From Nanoarchaeum equitans Kin4-M (lineage in GTDB: Archaea > Nanobdellota > Nanobdellia > Nanobdellales > Nanoarchaeaceae), in NCBI GenBank assembly GCA_000008085.1, contig AE017199.1, positions 120,001 through 152,000 on the forward strand: 32,000 bases of DNA. The letters run 5' to 3'. Made by a program: the position numbers and the translations under genes. This document shows, piece by piece, positions 17,366-25,965 of the stretch (position 1 is the stretch's first letter; each line of letters begins with the position of its first letter). The notes under the pieces were generated by a model that did not search any database, was not told the origin of the DNA, and saw only the letters and a program-made list of their open reading frames with translations.

Positions 17366-17894
17366 CAAATTCAATAAATTCGTTTACCGCTTTTTCTAAT
17401 TCTATGTTTTCTATTATTTTTACTATTTTTTCTTCAAACAAAATAGGAATTAACATATTCATAGAAAGGGTTAACCATTTCTCCAAATCGTTTATATTTA
17501 TTTCAGGCCTTTTTCTTTTGTCTTTTTTTCTTCTTTCTAATATTAGTTTTGGAGGCGCATATATGTATGTTACAGCTCTAACATTTAAATTGTTAACAAA
17601 ATCTCTAGTAACACCAGGAATCAATATATTGTTTTTGTAAAATAATAAATGTGTATCAACAATAGTTAACCCTTTAGCTCTTTTTTTAATCGCTTTTTTT
17701 AAGATATCTTGCATTTTTCTATAAAGGGAAGGACTTTTGATGTATAAATCTAAAATTTTGTCCCTATCCATTTTTAAAAAAGAAGAAACAATATCGCCGG
17801 CATTTATGTAAGTGAAATTAATTCTTTTCATTGCTTCCTTTATTATTGTTGTTTTTCCCACTCCTGGTAAACCTGTTACTAGTACAACCTTCAT
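17352..17894 (-). CDS. adkA: Archaeal-type adenylate kinase
   Basis: P-loop MKVVLVTGLPGVGKTT, IVDTHLLF...IPGV and ILERRKKDKRKRPE resemble the AdkA layout. The start overlaps the upstream stop by 4 nt. Confidence 0.7.
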   Translation of the reverse strand: MKVVLVTGLPGVGKTTIIKEAMKRINFTYINAGDIVSSFLKMDRDKILDLYIKSPSLYRKMQDILKKAIKKRAKGLTIVDTHLLFYKNNILIPGVTRDFVNNLNVRAVTYIYAPPKLILERRKKDKRKRPEININDLEKWLTLSMNMLIPILFEEKIVKIIENIELEKAVNEFIEFVTSL

Positions 17895-18190
17895 TGGAAT
17901 AATTCGCTAAAAATCTTTTTTATTTGTGAACCTGTTAGATACATCGATGCTACTCCTGCTATTACGAATGCAGACCTATCGCTAGACAATGGTTTTAACC
18001 ATTCCCATTGGAATACTCCATACAAAATAAAAAATATACCCATCATAAAAGTAGTACCTACAGAAAATGTAGAAATAAACTCGCTCATAGGCAAATTTTC
18101 CCCAACAGTTATTTTTTTAATTAAATAATGTAATAAAGCTAGCAACACCCCAAATAAAACTGCTATAGTTTGATAATCCAATCCATTCAC
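17891..18190 (-). CDS. Small membrane protein, unknown function
   Basis: Three hydrophobic segments. The track starts at TTG 18193, but the GTG at 18190 lies exactly 21 nt from TTTAAA 18211..18216. Confidence 0.45.
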   Translation of the reverse strand: MNGLDYQTIAVLFGVLLALLHYLIKKITVGENLPMSEFISTFSVGTTFMMGIFFILYGVFQWEWLKPLSSDRSAFVIAGVASMYLTGSQIKKIFSELFQ

Positions 18191-18210
18191 CAAAAATTAT
18201 AATGTTTTGA

Positions 18211-18216
18211 TTTAAA
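18211..18216 (-). promoter_or_regulatory. TATA-like box (TTTAAA) for the operon 18190..17352
   Basis: 18211-21=18190 (GTG). It lies 8 nt from the tRNA-Lys 3' end. Confidence 0.5.
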
Positions 18217-18223
18217 ACTATAG

Positions 18224-18297
18224 CGGGCCCGGCGGGATTCGAACCCGCGACTTCCGGGTTAAAAGCCCGGCGCTCTTCCAGGCTGAGCTACGGGCCC
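18224..18297 (-). tRNA. tRNA-Lys (anticodon UUU)
   Basis: The reverse complement folds as GGGCCCG/TA/GCTC-AGCCTGGAA-GAGC/G/CCGGG-CTTTTAA-CCCGG/AAGTC/GCGGG-TTCGAAT-CCCGC/CGGGCCC/G. No encoded CCA. Confidence 0.95.
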
Positions 18298-18301
18298 AGA
18301 G

Positions 18302-19480
18302 TTAGGTTGGGTTATTATTTAAAAATTTTATAGACTCTATTTCCGGGTATACTTTTTTTATGTCATATACACTAAAGGTTTTGTTTATTATGGTATATAA
18401 CCTACCGTCTTCCCTAATAAAGAATTTATTGTGTTTTTCTAGGAACTTGTCCAAATTAACCCACGCCGGAGGTCCCAAATGTTTTGTTTTTATTGTTATT
18501 TTCTCACAACAAACCCACAAATAGGATTTGTTTTTGTCAAAATCTATAGTATAGGCATAAACTTCAATACCATTTTTTTCTAAATAATTAACGATTTTTC
18601 TAGTTAATCTTGAAATTTTAGCATTTTTTATGTCTTCTTTAGTTTCTTCTACTCTAAAGGTTATTTCTAACATGGTTTCAAAATCGGATTTATTGATTTT
18701 GTACAAAATGTTATTATTTAAATACAAATAAGAATTCGCTATTATCAAAGCGAAGTTTTTATAGCTTAAAGAAGCCGCAACATTCCTTGTTTTATCTACT
18801 GGGTCTATTAATATTAATGGAGAAGCTGTTTTGTCTTTACCCAATTCATTTATTGCTTCTTTTATATTAGAATAATGCTTTTCTATATCGATAAAAACCT
18901 TGGGTTTCCATTTTAGAATACCTTTTAACAAATTAGTAAACCCTTTGTAATGTATAGTTAAAATCTCGCAAGCATATCCAGATAAACCACCTAAATAGGA
19001 TTCGGCCCCATAAGTGTTAATTAGTTTGTTAAAAATTTTGAAATATTTTGCATCATTTTCTAAACCTTTTATGTTCTTTTTTACCCATTCCACATGGAAT
19101 TGCGAAATATCTGTAACGAATTCCCTTTCTAAGGGGCTATCCAATTTTAATATTGGAACTATTTCGATTTTTAATCCCTCATAAAAGGTTTGGAAATAGT
19201 CCCTACTTCCATGTAGTTTTATATAAGGAACATTATGTTCTTTCAAAGTTTGCTCTATGTATATACTTATGTTTTGCCCTTTGTATTTTTTAGGAAACCT
19301 AACAAATATATCGATGTCTCTGCCCAACCAAGTGCCTTTTGCGTAGGAACCCCCTACAAAAACATCATAAATATGGGGAGTTTTCTCTAAAATGGGAATT
19401 ATGTAGTCTAAAGCTTTTTTAGCTTTTTCATAATCTTCTTTTTTTGGTAAAAATTGCTCAAAATTTGGTTTAAAATACAT
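18302..19480 (-). CDS. cca: CCA-adding enzyme (archaeal class I tRNA nucleotidyltransferase)
   Basis: VGGSYAKGTWLGRDIDIFVRFP nucleotidyltransferase motif. The start shares a TAATG overlap with the upstream small ORF. Confidence 0.8.
   Translation of the reverse strand: MYFKPNFEQFLPKKEDYEKAKKALDYIIPILEKTPHIYDVFVGGSYAKGTWLGRDIDIFVRFPKKYKGQNISIYIEQTLKEHNVPYIKLHGSRDYFQTFYEGLKIEIVPILKLDSPLEREFVTDISQFHVEWVKKNIKGLENDAKYFKIFNKLINTYGAESYLGGLSGYACEILTIHYKGFTNLLKGILKWKPKVFIDIEKHYSNIKEAINELGKDKTASPLILIDPVDKTRNVAASLSYKNFALIIANSYLYLNNNILYKINKSDFETMLEITFRVEETKEDIKNAKISRLTRKIVNYLEKNGIEVYAYTIDFDKNKSYLWVCCEKITIKTKHLGPPAWVNLDKFLEKHNKFFIREDGRLYTIINKTFSVYDIKKVYPEIESIKFLNNNPT
18318..18323 (-). promoter_or_regulatory. 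TATA-like box for tRNA-Lys, embedded in the last codons of cca
   Basis: AAAATTTTTAAATAA on the minus strand. TTTAAA lies at -26..-21 relative to tRNA +1 (18297). The same bases encode K-F-L-N-N of the cca C-terminus. Confidence 0.65.
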
Positions 19481-19761
19481 TATTCTGTTTTTTCTTTCTT
19501 TTCTAACAATTTTAGTATCTTTTCTTCTAGTTTCTCTATTTTTTCAGTATTTTGTTCTACTTTTAGCTCAATGCTTAATAATCTTTCCTCTAACAATAGC
19601 ATTTTCTTTATTACAACTACTAATCCAATAAACATGCCAACAGAGATTGCTGCGCTAACATATATGTAAGGGATTAACTGCAAATGCGGTAACAAAGCTA
19701 ATAAATTTTGGTTCACTTCTTGGATTGATTTGTATACCATATCTAAGGTAACGTTTTGCAT
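19480..19761 (-). CDS. Small membrane/coiled-coil protein, unknown function
   Basis: One hydrophobic helix and a K/E-rich heptad tail. The track starts at TTG 19770, but the ATG at 19761 lies exactly 21 nt from TATAAA (19782..19787). Confidence 0.45.
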   Translation of the reverse strand: MQNVTLDMVYKSIQEVNQNLLALLPHLQLIPYIYVSAAISVGMFIGLVVVIKKMLLLEERLLSIELKVEQNTEKIEKLEEKILKLLEKKEKTE

Positions 19762-19781
19762 TATAATCAAAATCGAAATAA

Positions 19782-19787
19782 TTTATA
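19782..19787 (-). promoter_or_regulatory. TATA box (TATAAA) for the 19761..18302 transcription unit
   Basis: 19782-21=19761. Confidence 0.5.
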
Positions 19788-19791
19788 AATT

Positions 19792-20154
19792 TTAGTGAGC
19801 TTTTACGGATTTATAGAATTTTTTGAATACAGAGCATAGAGTTGCTACTACTGCTACTATAACGATTAACAATTCTAACAAATCTATGTATTTTGTATAT
19901 GCTGCTACTCCTGCAAAGCCCTTAGCAACTCCAAAAGACAATAATACTCCTGCTAATAATAGCTTTAACAACTCTAAGAAAGAGTTAACCAAATATAATG
20001 CTCCAATCTCTTCGTTTACAACATATTTGGATAATAGGTAAAATAAATAGAAAGATGTCGCTAATGCTAATGATGGTGCCCCTATTACTGCTGCTACTGC
20101 CATTGCTATTACAAATACCAAACCCAAAACCACATCTCTCATTTCGAGGTTCAT
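19792..20154 (-). CDS. Small polytopic membrane protein, unknown function
   Basis: Ala/Val/Leu-rich helices. The track starts at 20172, but the in-frame ATG at 20154 (MNLEMRDVV...) lies exactly 21 nt from TTTAAA 20175..20180. Confidence 0.5.
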   Translation of the reverse strand: MNLEMRDVVLGLVFVIAMAVAAVIGAPSLALATSFYLFYLLSKYVVNEEIGALYLVNSFLELLKLLLAGVLLSFGVAKGFAGVAAYTKYIDLLELLIVIVAVVATLCSVFKKFYKSVKAH

Positions 20155-20174
20155 ATAATTAATTGCAATCATCT

Positions 20175-20180
20175 TTTAAA
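20175..20180 (-). promoter_or_regulatory. TATA-like box (TTTAAA) for gene 19792..20154
   Basis: 20175-21=20154. Confidence 0.5.
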
Positions 20181-20259
20181 AATTATTACGGCTTTATCTA
20201 TTGATAGGGAATGATAGCCTTATTTAAATTGTGCTATAAAACAAGGGTTTAACAAAATT

Positions 20260-23145
20260 TTAAATAACATAAAAGTTGCCTTGTTTTAGAAGTTCTATCT
20301 TTTCTTTTGGTAGTTGTATTTTATATAGATCAATACATCTTAGTATTTCTTTTGCGTCTCTAGCTAAATATATACATCTTTTCCATTCAGGAATAGAGAA
20401 ATTGTTCGGATAAATTGTTTTGTAAATTTTTATTGGTTGTATTTCCCATGTTATGGCATGTTTATTATAGAGGGTTAACAAACTATATATATTCCTTATG
20501 TTTCTGCCTATTGCTCTATAGCCATCGTAAAATTTAAAGTATTTAGAATTGTCAAAGAAATAAAGCTTAACCCATAGCATATTTTCTGCTTTATTCATAA
20601 AGAATCCATAGAAATACCAGTTTGCATAAGAAGGCTTTTTAAATTCCATTGCTTTGCCAAACAATAATGTATTTTCCAAATCTATAGTTGGAGCTAAATA
20701 CAAACAACCATAGCCATTTTTGTTTAGTATTATCTTTTTATCAAAGATATAAACGCATCTTAATGGATAAGCCCTTTCATTTATTGCTTTAATTCCATAC
20801 GGGGTAGGTATTATGTCATACATGTATATTGTGCCATTAACTGGAATAGCATATTTCAAATCATTTGAAGTCAATACTACTAGTTTTTTCCCAAATTTAA
20901 CCCAAGGGTTTGCATAGCCTATTTCTGTTTTATACAAAGTGTGCGCTATATAATAATATTGGGTTGCAGTTCCATTTATTATTGGTTTGTCAAATTCTAG
21001 TTTTATTTTTAGAACATGTGAACAATAATTGCCATTAACATCTGGTATGCATTTTTCACCATAGTTTTCATCATCGTTCGGGAAATCTAATATATATTCT
21101 ATAGTATTATTGTTTATTACTTTTGCTTTCGCCCTTGTCACTATAGTAAATATATCGTAGTTTTCGTTACTTCCTAATTTAAGGAAAGCTTGGCTTTTAC
21201 CTATATCGGTATAATGTATTAATAAATATGTAGGTCTCGTCCCATTATAATTGTATTTAACATTTACTCCGAACCACTCTTTTAGTTTCTCTTTTATTGT
21301 GCTATTAAAGTTGGCATGTGCATATAATAATTCTAATGCCTCTGTTTCATTGTATGTGCCTAAAACATACCTACCAAATAGATGGTTCCAATAGGGATAA
21401 TAATTACCCCCATCTAAAAAAGTAACTCTATTTGTTTTGCCCAATATATTAGCAAAATATTGAGTTATATATCCATAATCCCACCAATGCGTTATTAAAG
21501 CATCTTTTTCCATTTTGTTAAATATTTGTTTTAACCCTATCCAATCTATTTCGCCTAAAGCGAATACTGGTTTTACAAAATAACCAGTAACAAATAATAA
21601 AGAAGCAAACAATATAGAACTAATAGATGGGAATAAGAACATAGCTAATATTGTTGTACCTACTGGTATAGCAGTTATTGGGTTTATATGTTTGTAATAC
21701 ACTAGAATTATTAGTATGGACAAAGCTATCGATACATATTTTATATATTTCTTGTTTATGTTCAAGTTTTCCAATTTTTTAAAAGCGTAACCAACAAGAA
21801 TTGGGACAGCAAAAGCACTGTAAAATATGGTTCTAACTGCTATTTGCCCTATAGCTAAGAAAAACATATTGCTTAATACAAATATTTTAGATAAGTTGGG
21901 CTTAGTGTAAAATATATTATACAAAATTATAACTAAATAAAATAATAAACTAGGTTTAAAACCAATTACATAGAAAGAGGCTAGTACATAGAACGCTAAT
22001 AAAATACTTTCCGTTAATGTTTCTCCAGCCAAGAATGCAGATATTACGGTAAAAGCTATACCAACCCATTCTAATGAATCATACCAATCTATAAATTGAG
22101 TGGGTCTTGCCTCAGCTACTGTGGACATAAATCTATTACCTGAATAAATATTAGACATTTTTAGTCTTTCAATTATAGATGGGAATAGGGGCATCAAAAA
22201 TAACAACGATAATATTGTATATAACATTAGTTTGTGGGTTTTGTCTTTTATTTTTAGCCTAGTTTCTAAAAATTCAGCTAATCCTAATGTGAATAATAAT
22301 ATACCACTAGCATATTGGGATGTATGCAAAACCCAAGGGGTTATATTTAAAGCGTAAGCGATAGCCATAACAAAGAATATGCTTAAACCCGGTATAACAA
22401 ATTCTTTTATTGGCTTATTGTGTATCCATCTTAATAACTCCATTATTTCTAGAGCGAATATAAATACAGCAGAGCCACCCCATGCTAAATAAAGAGAAAC
22501 AATCGATACTAATAAACTAATGGAATATAAAATTTTGTATTTTGGATTTGTTTCTTTTATTAGCCTATAATAAAGGAATAAAATTAAAATATAAAGAAAA
22601 GAAGCAATTGGTTCCTTTTCGAATCTTCCTGCTAATAATCTATAACCATTAGCAGGAAATACCGCAAATAGCAAAGCTGGTAGCCCAGTTCCAACCAATT
22701 CTTTAGATATATAATAGTATAAGATAACAGACAAACCGAAAAAGAATGGATTAGCTAATAATACAACCAAATTTTCGTAATTGTATATAGAAGTATTTAG
22801 ACCGAAAAAGTTTGCTATTAGCGATAAAAGCATAGTTAAGGGTTTTAGAAAATATAATACTATTGGATATAGAAAATGAACAGGATGTGGTGGAGTACTA
22901 CAGAAAGGAACATAGGCTAAACAATCTGGGAATATATTTATACCATGTAATACACTAAGGAAATATCTATAAGCCCTATAAGGATCTGGGCCGAGCAATT
23001 CTTCGGGATAAAGAGAACCTATTGTTACCGCTTTAAATAGAAATCCAGATAGAAATAACAGAATTAAAAATACAGGTTCTTTGTATTTTTCAATTTTTTC
23101 TAGCATTTTTAATCGAATTTGTGTTTTAGTCTTAGTCTGGGCCAT
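20260..23145 (-). CDS. aglB: Archaeal oligosaccharyltransferase AglB (STT3 family)
   Basis: 961 aa with a long polytopic N-terminal region followed by the catalytic motif THWWDYGY. The start overlaps the rpoB' 3' end; an alternative ATG lies at 23106. Confidence 0.85.
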   Translation of the reverse strand: MAQTKTKTQIRLKMLEKIEKYKEPVFLILLFLSGFLFKAVTIGSLYPEELLGPDPYRAYRYFLSVLHGINIFPDCLAYVPFCSTPPHPVHFLYPIVLYFLKPLTMLLSLIANFFGLNTSIYNYENLVVLLANPFFFGLSVILYYYISKELVGTGLPALLFAVFPANGYRLLAGRFEKEPIASFLYILILFLYYRLIKETNPKYKILYSISLLVSIVSLYLAWGGSAVFIFALEIMELLRWIHNKPIKEFVIPGLSIFFVMAIAYALNITPWVLHTSQYASGILLFTLGLAEFLETRLKIKDKTHKLMLYTILSLLFLMPLFPSIIERLKMSNIYSGNRFMSTVAEARPTQFIDWYDSLEWVGIAFTVISAFLAGETLTESILLAFYVLASFYVIGFKPSLLFYLVIILYNIFYTKPNLSKIFVLSNMFFLAIGQIAVRTIFYSAFAVPILVGYAFKKLENLNINKKYIKYVSIALSILIILVYYKHINPITAIPVGTTILAMFLFPSISSILFASLLFVTGYFVKPVFALGEIDWIGLKQIFNKMEKDALITHWWDYGYITQYFANILGKTNRVTFLDGGNYYPYWNHLFGRYVLGTYNETEALELLYAHANFNSTIKEKLKEWFGVNVKYNYNGTRPTYLLIHYTDIGKSQAFLKLGSNENYDIFTIVTRAKAKVINNNTIEYILDFPNDDENYGEKCIPDVNGNYCSHVLKIKLEFDKPIINGTATQYYYIAHTLYKTEIGYANPWVKFGKKLVVLTSNDLKYAIPVNGTIYMYDIIPTPYGIKAINERAYPLRCVYIFDKKIILNKNGYGCLYLAPTIDLENTLLFGKAMEFKKPSYANWYFYGFFMNKAENMLWVKLYFFDNSKYFKFYDGYRAIGRNIRNIYSLLTLYNKHAITWEIQPIKIYKTIYPNNFSIPEWKRCIYLARDAKEILRCIDLYKIQLPKEKIELLKQGNFYVI

Positions 23146-24920
23146 ATTCCTAGGGAAGTTAACTCATCTAAAAATAGTTTAAATGCATAGCTCATTTCTA
23201 CATAACTTATTTTCTCTGTTTCTCCACAAACTGGGCAATAAGCAGTGCCTTTTTCTTTGTTTTCTATTGCTATAGCCCCACATTTTTCACATACTGGGAC
23301 TTTTACTAAATCAGAACCAAATCTTTCATATAAACTAATTGCTGCACCATGAGATAAAATTACATCAGTTTCCATTTCTCCAAATCTTAAACCACCTTCT
23401 CTGGATTTACCTTCTGTAGGTTGCCTTGTAAGTATAGCCATGGGCCCTCTAGCCCTTGCATGCAATTTGTTTGCTGCTAAGAATTTCAATTTATGATACC
23501 ACATCACTCCTACAAATATTTTTACTTTGTATTCCTCCCCAGTTATTGGGTCATACATTGTTTCTGTGCCATCCTCTCTAAAACCTAATCTTAATAATTG
23601 TTTTCTTAAATCTTCTACAGGCTCTTCTTCCCATGGGGTACCATCAACAGCTTTCCCTCTTAAAGAAGCAACTTTTCCTGCTACCAATTCTATTATTTGC
23701 CCTATTGTCATCCTACTAGGCAAACCATGGGGGTTAAATATTAGGTCTGGCACTATACCACTCGCAGTAAATGGCATATCTGATGGAGGTACAATTAACC
23801 CTATAACACCTTTTTGACCATGTCTAGATGAAAACTTATCTCCAATCTCTGTAGGTCTTTCCATTCTTATTCTAACTCTTACTTTTAGATTGCTGTCTTC
23901 TCCTTCAGTAACTAATACACTATCAACAATACCCTCTTCTTCGCTTCTAACTGTTATAGAGGAATCTCTTTTTTGCAATGTTGCAGCTCCAAGCAATGCT
24001 AGTTCTCCCCCTTCTAAAAACCTTGGTGGGGAAATTCTACCAATTAATACATCTTTTCCTTTAACTTCTGCTTCTGGGTATACAATACCATCACTTTCTA
24101 AATGTCTATAATGTTTTTCTCCCTTGTAGCCTCTAACATCGGGACTTGGCACAGTTATTTCATCACTTAATCCTAAAGCATATTTCCTTTCTACTGCTTC
24201 ATAAGGTCTAAAGTACATTGTTCTAGTAAAACCAAAGTCTATAGCATTTCTATTAATTACTAAAGCATCCTGTGTGTTGTAACCTTCGTAAGCCATTACT
24301 GCAACAACCATATTATAGCCTGCGGGTCTTTCATCAAACCTAATTAAATCATGCACTATTGTTCTAACCAAAGGTTTTTGTAATGTTTGTGCTACATGCA
24401 CATCGGATTCGAATCTTAATGGGTAAGCCACACTATATAAACCTAGGGCCTGTCTTTGAGTTCTTTCTCCTCTATTTAGCCTAGCAGATTGGTTAAACCT
24501 CGCATATGGAACTGCAGCGGATAATATTCCTAAAATTACTTGAGGACCTATTTCTAAATGTGTATGTTCTGGAGTTAAATCCTCTATATCTAATGCTATA
24601 TATGCGTTTTCTTCTTCAGCAGCATCTAAATATTCTATAATACCTTGTTTAACTAAATCATCCCATTTTAGTTTGCCTTGTGCTAATAACTCTATATGCT
24701 TTTGAGTTAATTTTGGTTTCCCATTCTCTACAACAATTAAAGGTCTAACTATTCTACCTCCATCTGTATAAATATAAATATCATTTTGTTCATCCAGATA
24801 AATATTAACTGTTTCGGGCAAATAACCTAAACGTCTTTTTTTCCTAAATTCTTGAACGAACTTTTCAGGGTTATCGGTTTTGCCTATATATTTGCCATTC
24901 AAATATATATCGCCAACCAC
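23109..24920 (-). CDS. rpoB1: DNA-directed RNA polymerase subunit B' (C-terminal part of the split B subunit)
   Basis: SSRHGQKGV, NPHGLPSRMTIGQ, RFGEMETDVILSHGA and the C-terminal zinc ribbon CEKCG...CPVCG. GTG start. Confidence 0.9.
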   Translation of the reverse strand: MVGDIYLNGKYIGKTDNPEKFVQEFRKKRRLGYLPETVNIYLDEQNDIYIYTDGGRIVRPLIVVENGKPKLTQKHIELLAQGKLKWDDLVKQGIIEYLDAAEEENAYIALDIEDLTPEHTHLEIGPQVILGILSAAVPYARFNQSARLNRGERTQRQALGLYSVAYPLRFESDVHVAQTLQKPLVRTIVHDLIRFDERPAGYNMVVAVMAYEGYNTQDALVINRNAIDFGFTRTMYFRPYEAVERKYALGLSDEITVPSPDVRGYKGEKHYRHLESDGIVYPEAEVKGKDVLIGRISPPRFLEGGELALLGAATLQKRDSSITVRSEEEGIVDSVLVTEGEDSNLKVRVRIRMERPTEIGDKFSSRHGQKGVIGLIVPPSDMPFTASGIVPDLIFNPHGLPSRMTIGQIIELVAGKVASLRGKAVDGTPWEEEPVEDLRKQLLRLGFREDGTETMYDPITGEEYKVKIFVGVMWYHKLKFLAANKLHARARGPMAILTRQPTEGKSREGGLRFGEMETDVILSHGAAISLYERFGSDLVKVPVCEKCGAIAIENKEKGTAYCPVCGETEKISYVEMSYAFKLFLDELTSLGIWPRLRLKHKFD

Positions 24921-24940
24921 CGAGGTTTTATATAGTATAG

Positions 24941-24946
24941 ATTAAA
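24941..24946 (-). promoter_or_regulatory. TATA-like box (TTTAAT) for rpoB'
   Basis: 24941-21=24920, the first base of the GTG. Confidence 0.5.
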
Positions 24947-24953
24947 AGCATTA

Positions 24954-24999
24954 TCAGCAATCCGCCTTTTCATCATTGTTCAGCCTTTTTCTTCATCAC
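24954..24999 (-). ncRNA. Candidate C/D box sRNA overlapping the 3' end and stop codon of the Nog1-like gene
   Basis: Minus strand reads GTGATGA (C, 24999..24993), a 9-nt spacer AGAAAAAGG, CTGA (D', 24983..24980), ACA, ATGATGA (C', 24976..24970), a 12-nt spacer AAAGGCGGATTG, then CTGA (D, 24957..24954). All four boxes match consensus. Confidence 0.55.
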
Positions 25000-25932
25000 T
25001 TCTATAGCCTTATTCATTAGATACTCTTTAAGCTCTTTTGGGTTAGTAAAACCCTTTATATTTAATTTCTTATACAAAGCCCATTCTTTGTCTGTAAATA
25101 GATCGGTTTTAGAGAAATAGATTATTGGATTGCCAAACTCTTTTTTAATTTGTTCTAATAAGTTTAGTTGGTTCTTTAATGGGGCGCTAGTTTCGGTTAG
25201 GTCTATAATATATATTATATCGTCGGCTAAATACCTTAAAGCTAGGACTGCTCTTTTTTCTATTTTATTTATTTTATCTAATGGCCTATCCAATATTCCA
25301 GGGGTGTCTATTACTGCTATATCTCCGAAAGGGGTTTTGATTTTACCAATCAAAATTTGTTTTGTTGTAAATGGGTAATTCGCAGTTTTTACTTTATTGT
25401 TTGTTAATATATTTAACAAAGTGGATTTACCCACATTCGGCAACCCACTAATTACCACATTGTATATAGAATTCCCAATATAAGGGAACTCTTTTAAGTT
25501 TTTTTCTATTTCTCTTAGCTCGTCAAATGGCAACTCTTTTATTATAGAAGATACTCTCCCATAGAAGGATTTTCTTGCATTTCTTATTTGCTCTATATTA
25601 GATGCGCCTTTAATTTTATTTTTGTATTGTTGGAATAGCTTATCAATAAAATCTGCACTGTATTTGAATTTTGCTAAAGTTCCTTTATATTTTTTAATTC
25701 CTATATAAGTATCTAATAGCTCAACATAAAATATTGGCATATCCTTTATTCTAGGAAAGCTCTCAACTATTTTATTTAATTTAGATACTAAATAATCTCT
25801 TACTACTTTTATTCTATTGATTTCGGTTTCCTTTATTTTAGCTAATCCTTTTTTCTTTGATTGTCTATATACCGCTTGAGAAACAATTCTTGCTTTTTCG
25901 AATGCTTTATCTAATAGTTTAGACGCATCCAC
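24973..25932 (-). CDS. Nog1-like GTP-binding protein (COG1084)
   Basis: G1 motif GLPNVGKSTLLN, YPFTTK, and DTPGILDRP, with a Nog1-type N-terminal helical domain. GTG start. Confidence 0.8.
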   Translation of the reverse strand: MDASKLLDKAFEKARIVSQAVYRQSKKKGLAKIKETEINRIKVVRDYLVSKLNKIVESFPRIKDMPIFYVELLDTYIGIKKYKGTLAKFKYSADFIDKLFQQYKNKIKGASNIEQIRNARKSFYGRVSSIIKELPFDELREIEKNLKEFPYIGNSIYNVVISGLPNVGKSTLLNILTNNKVKTANYPFTTKQILIGKIKTPFGDIAVIDTPGILDRPLDKINKIEKRAVLALRYLADDIIYIIDLTETSAPLKNQLNLLEQIKKEFGNPIIYFSKTDLFTDKEWALYKKLNIKGFTNPKELKEYLMNKAIEVMKKKAEQ

Positions 25933-25965
25933 CTCGTTAGTTATAAAATATAGAGATTTAAAAAC

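Noticed and set aside
20181-20259. Imperfect hairpin (GGCTATC...GATAAAGCC, with CTAT-CA-ATAG inside) and an extra TTTAAA (20223..20228) downstream of aglB
   Set aside because: The stems are only 4-6 bp with bulges. The extra hexamer points to no start codon or RNA-like sequence at +21 in either direction. This is insufficient to call a terminator or an sRNA.
23527-24111. Plus-strand ORFs 23527..23817 and 23890..24111 antisense to rpoB'
   Set aside because: These are shadow frames of a highly conserved gene, with Ser/Pro-rich translations.
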